64,000 nucleotides of DNA, taken from Selaginella moellendorffii. Taxonomy: Eukaryota; Plantae; Lycopodiophyta. Made by a program: the position numbers and the translations under genes. The stretch spans positions 762,574-826,573 of the forward strand of contig NW_003314345.1 in the NCBI RefSeq assembly GCF_000143415.4, read 5' to 3'. Positions 12,144-22,229 of this stretch are shown here, piece by piece. Under the pieces are notes generated by a model. It searched no databases. It was not told the DNA's origin and saw nothing but the letters and a program-made list of their open reading frames with translations. Every line of letters begins with the position of its first letter. Within the stretch, counting starts at the first letter, position 1.

Positions 12144-12200
12144 GAGGTTGGGTTCGAGTCCCGACCCTCTAGTGCTTGGGTTCGAGTCCCAAATCACTAG
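12144..12200 (+). other. Two tandem tRNA T-arm-like hairpins / Pol III B-box motifs
   Basis: GGGTTCGAGTCCC at 12150-12162 and 12178-12190, each in a longer stem (GGTTGGG..CCCGACC; CTAGTG-C-TTGGG..CCCAA-AT-CACTAG). Confidence 0.7.
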
Positions 12201-13668
12201 GGCGTGGTGATGGTTTGGAATATGAGGACACTCATATTTCGGTGGTCATGGACTCTCAGTGGGGAGACTGGTTTGGGCACACCGCCAAGCGAGGGATGCC
12301 TCGGAGTCGTGATGCACGGTTAGATTGCTTAGTGTGAAAGCTCGGCATATCTAACTTGAACGCTTTGGTGCAAGTGGCACCAAGGTCGTGGTGAGTGAGA
12401 TGGGGACACCTAATCTCAGTTGCTATGAACCCTTGGCCGTAAGGGCTAGCTTGGGTGCACCACCAAGTGTGGGGGATGCCCCCGGGGTTATAGTCAACAA
12501 CTTGGAGGTCTAGAAGACCAAGTACCTCTTGGCAACTCTGTTAAGGTGCCAAGGTGAGATCACTAGGTGATCTTATGGCCAGATAAGGACAAGGTCCTTG
12601 GTTTGCTAAGGAATGAAGTTCCTGGTTCAAAATGTTGAAATTGAACTGTTTAAGATGGTGTGGCTTGGTCGTGATGACCAAGTGGGAAGAGCACCTAAGG
12701 GAAATAAACTATGTCCGTCCGATGGCATAGTGAGTCCGAGGAAAGTAGTCTCTATAAAAGACCCATGGGAGGGTCACGAAGTTGGGCCATGGATAGAGCC
12801 CATAGCAGAATATGCTAAAGAGACATACTAGGGGTGAACATCCTCCGGACTTGGCAAAGAAGAGTCTTTGCTATGGAACCGAATGGATACCTCAAAAATG
12901 GAGGTAGCGATCCGATGTTGCTGGGTGCAACAATCAAGGATAGGAGCAAAGGACTAGTGGCCAAAGTTTGGGCCATGGAATTTAATGGAAGGGATCCAAA
13001 TGGCAAAGTTAGCCAAGGAACACTAATGTGTTCGATGCTAACAGCTTGTGGGAAAGGAAGCGGACTTTCAAGGATGGATTCCTAAGTGCTCCAATTTGGC
13101 GAAGTAAAGGCTCCAAGTGAGGGAGCGGTAAGGTAGCCAAATGATAGGGCCATGGACAGCCCTAGCACAAAGTATGATAAATGGAACTTAGTGCCCAAGG
13201 TGGCACGAAATAGAAGAGAGGATGATGGTGCCCTCAAGTAATGAACTTCCTAGGATAGGGAAGTGGAGTTGCACAATCTGTGCAATGCAAGGTGTTGGAG
13301 ACACCTAGAAAATTGACTTCCAAAAAGTCAAAAGAGTAAAAGTTCCAAGGTGCAAACATTCAATAGATGGAAATTGAGACTATTCGAGAAGGAGTAGTGG
13401 GATTGACTTAGAGAAGGGTCTCTAAGAGGTTTAGCGAGAACTAAACCAATAAAAGGGGAGAACCATTACATGTGGTCCAATCAGTCTTTAAGTTGGAGAG
13501 ACTACGCTCCTTAAAGGATGGACAAGGCATGGTGAGCCTTTGATGTCAAACCATAGACAAAGATTGGCTAGGTGCCAAGGATGGAAATGGTAACACGTGT
13601 GGGTGTTACTTTATGAAAGGGTTTACCGTTCGATGAGGACATCGAACTTCGTCTATGGGTGGTGGAGT

Positions 13669-15389
13669 TGTGAGACACAAAATCCCTAGGCCCCAAAGTG
13701 GAGCCGGAAGGGCGCCACATGGTAGTGGCCAAAGCGAGAGCCAAACAAGCGCAACACGTTTGGACCAAAAGCTCCAACTTGAAAAGTCAAGAGCGGGAGT
13801 GGAACTCCCAACGAAGTGCTCGAGGAACGAGCACAAAGCGAGCAAAAGGCAAGGCTCCAAAAAGGGACCCAAAAGGACCAACACATGACACGTGGGAGTG
13901 TCCGAGATGGAGTCCGAAGTGGAGTCCGAGGTGGACCCGAGATGGACCCGAGTTGGAGTCCGAAGTGGAGTCCGAGATGGAGTCCGAGGTGGACCCGAGA
14001 TGGACCCGAGTTGGAGTCCAAAGTGGAGTCCGAGATGGAGTCCGAGGTGGACCCGAGATGGACCCGAGCTGGAGTCCGAAGTGGAGTCTGAGATGGACCC
14101 GAGATGGAGTCCGAGATGGAGTCCGAGATGGAGTCTGAGGTGGACCCGAGATGGACCCGAAATGGAGTCCGAGATGGAGTCCGAGATGGACCCGAGATGG
14201 AGTCCAAGATGGAGTCCGAAGTCAAGACCGAGACCGGGACCGAGACCGAGACCGAGACTGAGATCGGGACCGAGACCGAGACCGAGGCCGAGGCCGAGAC
14301 CGAGCCCGAGCCCGAGTCCGAGTCCGAATCCGAGTCCGAGTCCGAGTCCGAGTCCGAGTCCGAGTCCGAGTCCGAGTCCGAGTTCGGAGCCTGAGAGGGT
14401 GAAAGCCCAAAGCGTTCGTCTCCCAGACCCTGGGGGGTTTGGTGAGCTCCAAAAGTATAGTAGGGGAAGGACTGCAGTGGAGCCAGTTTGGCCAGGAAAG
14501 GCCAGTTTGGCCCAGGAAGGCCAGACCCAGTGTTGGGTGATGAGCTGCCCACTGGGAAGTCCAAGACTAGAGTGAACACAGACCGACAAGCGGGGTGGCT
14601 TGGTGAAGTGTTCAAGAGCCAGCTCTAGTTCCCCCGGGAGATCGACTGGCCGATGCTCCCAGTCCAAGTGTGGGTGGCACTACCTACTTGGATACCTGGT
14701 GTGGCTCAACGGAACCCGCTCTAAGCCCATGGCTAGAGCACCCAAGGGCAGAAGGCGAGGAGAGTACCCAGGTGGCTCGCGTAAGGCCACGGTGTTCCGA
14801 AATGTTGTCCCAAAGGCCTAGACTGTGGAAAGGAAGAGGAGCAGTCCTTTGGGGTAGTGACCAAGGACACAGTCGTGTGGTGAGGAAGTCCCAGAGGACT
14901 GTGGGACTTAGTGGTCGGGCCTGTGGGTCTCGATCCAGTGGTAGTGTTGGCAAACACGGCCAGGGGCAGAAAGGGACTTAGTGGGGACTGACAAAGGGAT
15001 ATTGGGGAAGGCTATTCCCCTTGTCGGTGGGCATCCTAAGGATGCTAAGGAGTGGATCTGAGATGACCACTCACGGATGGTTTGCCTAGTCTTGGGGAGC
15101 CAAGACTGTGATGCAAGTGGTATTGGACTACCAGTGTGGCAAAGGTGATTGGGCATGGCCTTAGCGTAACGGGCTGCTATGTCAGTGGTACCTTTGAGTG
15201 TCGGTCATGGGATCGGACACGTGGAGCACTTGGACCAAGTGTAAATGTTGAGTGGCATGGATGCCGTTCTCGGGGCTAGCAAGTCCCAAGTCCTGGATTG
15301 GACTTATGGAGGTTGTGAATGAGACTCCTCCAAGTGGTCGGAGGTGTGGTTAAGTGACTAAAGTAGAATGGAAAATTTAGTCGCTTACA
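13669..15389 (+). repeat. 3' LTR of nested element (tandem array at about 13895-14388)
   Basis: Direct repeat of 7886-9606, followed by TSD CGTGC. Confidence 0.95.
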
Positions 15390-16743
15390 CGTGCCAGAGC
15401 TGGAGAGAGTTGGCAGCCCAGGAGCTGGGGCGAATTGCAAGCAAATGCCCCTGCTCGTGAGTTGAGAGGATCAACTGAGCATTGAGCTTGTAGAGAGTCT
15501 CAGCTCGTCTACCAAAAGCTACTGGATGGCCAGTCTCGTCAAAGATGGTGCATCCGTCTGCATTGAAGAGTGTTGAGAAGCCTTGATCTGCTGCTACACC
15601 GACTGAGAACACTGTCTGTCCTGCTTCTGGTACGTAGTAGACCTGGTTCACGAGCTTCTCAGCTCCACTCTCCAACTTTATGATGACCGTTCCTTGTCCT
15701 TCCACTGTTAAGGGGCGTTTGTCTCCTACAAAGACTTGCTTTTCTTGCTCCAGTGGCCGGTACTTGTGAAAAGCTCTCTTCAATGGTGTGAGGTGCATCG
15801 AGGCTCCAGAATCCATCCAGAGCACTTCGGCTTCGGACACAGTGGATGAAGATGCAGCGAGCGTCATCATCAACATCGTGTCAGGTTGGCGTGAAGAAGA
15901 GCTTCTTTCAGCGTGAGCTTTCTCTGCGGCTTTCTTGATCCGGCATTCACGCTCCACGTGGCCAGCTTTGCCGCAGTAGTTACATGGGCCCTTGCGTTTT
16001 TTATTGGTTGCAAATCCAGGGCTGGGAGAAGGGCTCTTTTGTCCTCGAACAGGGCCATCTCGTTTCTTCCCACCCGATTGCTTTCCCATGATCAAGGCCT
16101 GCTCCACCCGAGCAGCCTGAGAGGGCGCCTTTTGTCTCCGCTCGTTCTGCTTTCGTTCTTCCTCGATCAGGTCCGAGTAGAGCGAGTCCAAGTCCTTTCC
16201 AGGTACAGCCGAGAGCATCGATGCGAAAGGTTGGAGATCAGGGGAGACAGAGCTCAGAAGGAATGCCTTAGCTTGGTCAAAGGTGATTGCCGCTTCCGCG
16301 TCCTTCAGCTCGCTGATCATCGCTTTAAACTTTCCAATGTAAGTGGCCATGGTGTCATCAGGTTGCATTCTCATCGTGAAGAACCTTTGTGTTAGCACCA
16401 CCTTAGCATTGGCAGCTTTGGCAGCGAAGATTTGTGTAAGGGATGTCCAGTTCTGGTGGGCTGTTTTGGTAAGATCAAGGAGATGAACGAATTCATCCCC
16501 AAGACCTAACCCGATGACAGAGAGCGCTTTTCGATTCTTGGAGTCCCAGTCGAGCCGTTGGGTTACATCCGCAGCAGCCGGACGTTGAGTCGTTCCATCC
16601 ACTATAGGCCAGCAGTCCTTGGCCAAAAGGATAAGCTGTACTTTTGTTTTCCAAGTGGAGAAATTCTGTCCCGTGAACTTTTGGAGAAGTTTCTCCCAGC
16701 CCCCAGAGTCCCAAGAATTTCCTGCTGCGTTAGCAGAAGACAT
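15390..16743 (-). CDS. Copia gag-protease, 5' part of the interrupted gag-pol
   Basis: FTGQNFSTWK gag start, CNYCGKAGHVEREC zinc knuckle, WMDSGASMH protease. Ends at LQLWH at the insertion point. Confidence 0.95.
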
Positions 16744-16780
16744 TCTATCTATTAATCTAAGAATAGATTAAACAGAGAAT

Positions 16781-16987
16781 TTAGAAAGGACGGCGTGGAG
16801 AAGAATCGTGAAAAACTCGGCCGCAACAAGGGCACACCTTCCGGCAGGCTGGGCAAAGAGCTTGTTGGCGCTTTCGCTCCTGGATCTTCCGCTCCACCCG
16901 CGCCAGCACTGCCAAAGCCCTCGCGCGCTCCTGAGCCAAGGGTTCCTGGCCCCTTTGATTTTTCATCTGCCACTGTCCTCTGGCCAT
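16781..16987 (-). CDS. Putative 68-aa upstream ORF in the Copia leader with a CxxC-x3-CxxC motif
   Basis: ATG 13 nt after the PBS. Basic helical stretch followed by LCPACRKVCPCCGRVF. Confidence 0.35.
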   Translation of the reverse strand: MARGQWQMKNQRGQEPLAQERARALAVLARVERKIQERKRQQALCPACRKVCPCCGRVFHDSSPRRPF

Positions 16988-17000
16988 TAGATCGTTCGCT

Positions 17001-17012
17001 GCTCCGATACCA
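17001..17012 (-). promoter_or_regulatory. Copia primer-binding site (tRNA-iMet type)
   Basis: Plus-strand GCTCCGATACCA abutting the LTR. Confidence 0.9.
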
Positions 17013-17152
17013 TGTGGTATTATGAAACGGTGTTGTGTTATTATTATGACGGTTGATACATGGTTAAATGTATGGGTTTATCGTGACGATCCGTGGCGGC
17101 GTCTGGATCGCTCACGTGGCTGTGTGCTGACGTGGTCTTGTTCACTCCCACA
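17013..17152 (-). repeat. Copia 5' LTR (140 bp)
   Basis: Identical by eye to 4832-4971, followed by TSD ATCCT. Confidence 0.95.
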
Positions 17153-19944
17153 ATCCTCCACTGGTATTCTCCAGCAGCAGGATCGTGGACAGCATCCCAA
17201 TCCATCGTGAGAGTACCGAATTCCGAGTAGCATCTGTCTTGAACTGTGGAAACAGCCAAACATCGCTCGAGTCTGAAAAGATAAAAATGTTAGAGAAAAC
17301 GATGGAAGAACAAAGACGTGCCAGGATTTTGCCGCGACAGATTTTCCAACAACCTGTCGAATCGAAGAACCAATAGAAAGGAAAGGCTCGTAGCTTGCCA
17401 AGATGCGTTTATCCTCGCAAGGTACACGAGATCTGGCCATGATATCGAACAGCAGAAAAGAAGCGATCTACTCACCGAGGCGCAGGCGCTCGAAATCCGG
17501 TAGCGCATTCACAAGGCGCTCAACCCCGCCGCTGCTGCTGCGAGAAAGATCCATAAACCCTAGCTCGTGCCCCGGCATATTCTCTTTTTTGAAATGATTC
17601 TTAGAATATTCAATTTTAGGCGTACCGTTAATCCTTTAATTTTCTGGTAAGCTTAAAGCATTCGCACTGCATGCTCACGGATTTATTCGATTCCATAGAA
17701 ATTCAAGCTTGTACATGAGGTCGTGTCCTCCGACATCATCGGATAAAAAACAGTGCCATACATCTGTGTTCTAGGCGAGGAATTATGGAAATGTGAAACA
17801 ACACGGATGGATCGCGAGAAAAAGCCAAGATTCAATAACAAAAGGATATTCTCTTTGAGCTTTCAGGGCATCACAGAACAATATGTAGACAGCAATTTCT
17901 ACCAGATTACTTATTTGATTTAGTAGCACTATGCTGCTGAGGGCGCTTGCTATCTTTGCAAGTCTCATGCCCCCAACCAGCAATACTGCTTGTTTCCTGG
18001 CATAAGTTTTCCGACCAGTACACAGCAAATGCCGCGACCAGGCACCTGCGACCTTAGGTCTGATTTGTAGTGTGAGAATGACAGGGGGCGGGGGGGGGGG
18101 GGGGGGGGGGCGGCGCTATTATTTCTATCCTAAGAGAAATAGCTATTGACCTCAAACACTCGCCCTAGAAACGGCCATGGCAGGCCATTAGCTACTTTCA
18201 TAAAATGGGCAAAAATGAGTACACAACCTCATCTCCTACATACAATGTGGTTTTGGGCACATGCCACGTGGTGGCACTGGAAAGAGAATTTTCTTTATAG
18301 CCATTTTTTGAGAAAGTATAGTTATAAATGAAAACTATAAATAGAGCTTCATGTGGATATATTTGTGTATTGTGCTACTTTAAAATCCACAAATATCTTT
18401 ATATTCGTGTGGATCTATTTGTGGATTTTAAAGTAGCACAATATTTATCACAGATTGTTGTAGAAATATTTCCATGTCAATTGCATCTACATGAAGCTCT
18501 TTTGTTCAATATTTTCTTCCTAGATTATTAAAAAAATACATTAGTGTCAAGATCTATCAATAACTAAATATCAACTTGAGTGTTTGTTTTGCCATAACAT
18601 ACAAGCATTTATAAAACTTATTATAATATGTCTAAACTTGTTGGCATAGTGAATTTTTCATTGAGCTCTATCACTATTTTTGAATGTGATCAATACTTTT
18701 TAGTAGTTGAACAATCATAACTGTTGAATGCCATAATTGTATTTCTCACAATATACACAAAGCTACACTAAAAAGAAATAGGTTGATTCAATTTTTATTT
18801 TTTCTTGAATTGGAAGGTAAACTAGCTCATGAGCAATTATAATTGTCATAACCATTCCACATCATAACCTCTTTAATATTGGATAAGTTTACCCCAACAA
18901 TCACATAGTTTCCCACAAAAAATATAATGTCCCAAATTTTCAATTCAAAACGGGAAAATGAATATACCCATCTAATACCCAAGACATGATCCTCAAAAGT
19001 CATCTGAAGGGCTTAAATGGGACATGCAGTCACTACAAAAGAATGAAACATGGATCCATCTGCTGCAGAATCCACTTACACTGATACAGCAGATCTCGTG
19101 ATTGTTCCAAACAAGCCATTCAACATCAACCCGATACCCTGCAAGCAAGGACAGAAGGTCTTGCCATCCGATGCTTCTTCAACCAATGAATAAAGGTGGA
19201 GGAGTCGCATTGGCGAGCCATGAAATGCCATATATCATGGCTGTTACTGTTTGTTCAGATCAGTACCCAGTTGTGAAACAAACGCTGATGCATTCACTGG
19301 CATCAAAAAGTTGGAGCACCCACTCCAGTTGATACGGGATTACTACCCTGTACACCATGCTTTCCAAATCAGAAACTAGATTCGTAAAAGGAAACAAACT
19401 AACTTGGGTGAGAACTATAAGAAGAAGTTCTGGCAGTCCAATTTCAATACATTTAGCTCCCTGGGAAAAGAAAGGAAAAAGTTCAGGGACAGCGACATTC
19501 AAATTGAAAGACATTGCGGGAATCCATACTCAAACAATCCAAGACCAACCAGAGCGGAGAACAACCAAGCCGAGAGGTCAGAACCCGTGCAAGCAAAAAG
19601 GAGACTCACTGGAGCAGAGTTCCCCAAAGCCCTCGAAAGCCAAGTACATTGATTTGTCGACGCACAAATCAATGCCCCCTGAATGTCTCAGAATCTCTGA
19701 AGATCAAGACAAAGGAAAAGAATGTTTTCACTTGAATGCGAAGAGAATAAAAACTTTCTGACCTCATGATCATCAAAGATAGAGCGAATTCACAATCCTC
19801 TAGATTGGAATAACATACGAGAAGGATGGATTCAAATTTATGTGAAATTGTTAGTAAGAAAAAGTTAATTGAGTTTTAAAAATTTCTATTTATAAACTAA
19901 AAGTCATTCTTTCTCTTAGATGAAAATTTTTCATAAATTTTTTT

Positions 19945-21057
19945 AAGCACTACAAGACTCCACTACCAGAGCGGAGCGAGTGTCTGTCCAGCCAGCCGTG
20001 GTTCCGTCCAAGTCCAAGCACCCGACACAAGCGCTGCTCGAGCAAATTCCAAAAGGCTGGCAATGCTGAGGCAGCAAGCACGAGTCATTCCTCGTGAGAA
20101 GATTGTAACTATCCGACCATATGAGCAAGTTCTCCAGAGTATACGCGTGAAGATCCCCGTCAAACTCAAGCCGGATGAACGACTGGTTACGTGGAGTGTT
20201 TGCCGATGATCTCGTGGGCAGCAAACCTCCCGTTGCATTCAAGCCACACAGAGCTTGAGACCTCGTTCCGGACGGAGCCGTGTCGTTGCTAAGCATCATG
20301 TTGAGCACTAGATTCAAACCATCTCCATTGAGAACCGCCGCTGCGAGCAAGTCTCAAGCTTGTCGAGCAGCTGTTAGAGTGTCAACTCCATGGTATCCTC
20401 GAATCCAGTAAGGCTCTTGACGAGTTCCCGAGAAGTTGGAGTAGAGAACCAGGCCACCAGAGAATAGAATCCTAGAGAAAAATCGCTCCTACTCTGGAGC
20501 CTCATTCCCGGTCGAAGGACTTGACCAGCCATCAAAGTATCTGTGGGACGATCGAAGCTTTGCCACAAGGTGGTGTTGTTGCGAAACACCACCAAGTTCC
20601 CAGTCTCTCGCACAACTTCCACCCGGGTAGCTCCCCTGTTTGCTGTTCCAGTCGACCACACCAGCCTCCCGTTGCGATCTCTCAGCACGGGATCACCGTC
20701 CGAGGCGAGCGTGGTTAGAAAACCCGAGAGCGTGGCGTTGAGTTCGACTGGATCTTCCCTGTTTGCCTCCCAGATGATCCTCTGCGTGGTTAGAAAACCC
20801 GAGTCGACGTTCATGACACTGTGAGTGTGCGATCTGGAGTAGAGTTGACAAAGCCAAGGTTGTAGACGCCACAAAAGAAACCTGTCATTCTCGTGGTAGC
20901 ACCGTAACGTCCTTGTTCTCTGAGTTTTGGGTAGCTCGAGCCGGATCATTGCCAGTGGAGTTGATTCGTGGCACATCGAAGCCCAGGGACCTAACAGCAC
21001 CAATGGCGCTGCAAGGAACAGGAGAGTGGTACTTTGTTTGCTGTGCGCCGAATCCAT
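19945..21057 (-). pseudogene. Truncated, frameshifted duplicate of the G-type lectin kinase (lectin/EGF part only)
   Basis: High nucleotide similarity to about 3020-4163 with several indels. Ends in an AT-rich tract before PAN/TM/kinase. Confidence 0.92.
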
Positions 21058-22229
21058 ACTATCATCAGGACCAATCGATGTGCTCCTCCTCCTCTTCTCC
21101 GCGCTGGCTAGATTGACTGCGTGAATGACTGGATCAACGCGACCCTGCACTGTAGATGAAACAATCATAAAACAATTACTGGCCTTGGCATTACCTTGGC
21201 ATTATCGTCCTCTTTGCGAGCCAACAAAGATGTATGAGAACGTCATGTTTCACACTGACAATCTGGGAAACCAACAAAACGAAAATACAAATTGGAGAAA
21301 ACTTGGCAATAAGCATATACAACCTGTAGTTGTTCACGTTACAGTGAATCTCGACCGATCCAAATGGGTCAGTATTCTACTCGTGGAGCATCATCGTCTC
21401 GGCGTATGCCAAGATCTAGACTCCAGAAGCACGATCGTCACGAGGATGGATTCATCGATCTTGAATTAACCGCCGGACTCTGAAAAGAAGAAGAAACTGT
21501 TAAAAACCGAACAACCGAAGAACAGGAAAAACAAAGAGAAAAGCTCACATCTTTGTGCTCTGCTAGCAGCTTTTCACGTCAGTAGATAGCGATCAATCAA
21601 AAGTTTCATGGCGCAGGCTTTGTGATCCTCCACTGGTGTCCTCCGGCAGCAGGATCGTGGACAGCAGTACTGAATTCCGAGTGGCATCTGTCTGAACTGT
21701 GAATTGTGAAAACAGCCAAACTCTAAAATGAAAAATAAGATTAAAATGTTAGAGAAAACGTGGAAGAACAAAGACATATCAAGATTTTGCCTTCCAATGA
21801 CCTATCGAATCGAAGAAAGAATAGAAAGGAAAGCTCGTAGCTTGCCAAGCTGCGTTTATCCTCACAATGTACACGAGACCTTGCCATGGATATTTTGATT
21901 GATATCGAACAGCAGAGAAGAAGCGATCTACTCCGAAATCCGGTAGCACATTCACAAGGCGCTGTTGCGAAAACTTTGCTCGAGAAAAACCCCCCCTGGC
22001 ATATTCTCTTTTTTGAAAAGATTCTTGGAAGATTCAATTTTAGGCGTGACATGCTTTTCTCATCCTTTAATTTTTTGGTTAGCTTCTTGGTATGAAAAGC
22101 ATTCATGCGCACTGCATGCTCTCACCTTCGAAATTCTTTGTATGACACGGATTTAGTCTATTCCATGGTATAAAATGGCACAATTGCAAGAAATCCAAGC
22201 TCGTACGTGAGGTACCTCTCTTTGTCACC

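Larger units (their letters stand above)
7886..15389 (+). mobile_element. Non-autonomous large LTR element (LARD-like), 7,504 bp, nested in the Copia
   Basis: 1,721-bp LTRs TGTGAGA...CTTACA at 7886-9606 and 13669-15389. TSD CGTGC at 7881-7885 and 15390-15394. PBS at 9610-9621, PPT-like tract at 13657-13668. The 4,062-bp internal domain has no listed ORF above about 112 aa and no recognisable gag/pol motif. Confidence 0.93.
4832..17152 (-). mobile_element. Ty1/Copia LTR retrotransposon, 4,812 bp once the nested insert is removed
   Basis: 140-bp LTRs TG...CA at 4832-4971 and 17013-17152. TSD ATCCT at 4827-4831 and 17153-17157. PBS 17001-17012, PPT about 4972-4984. Domain order gag-PR-IN-RT-RH. 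Confidence 0.97.

Noticed and set aside
7886-15389. Retrozyme (hammerhead ribozyme) interpretation of the nested element
   Set aside because: No CTGANGA...GAAA core with the required stems found by eye. An Infernal scan would be needed to exclude it fully.
18085-18110. Poly-G run, possible G-quadruplex
   Set aside because: Simple homopolymer with no supporting context, and prone to sequencing error.
19100-19760. Short ORFs between the duplicated blocks
   Set aside because: No recognisable motif or consistent gene structure.
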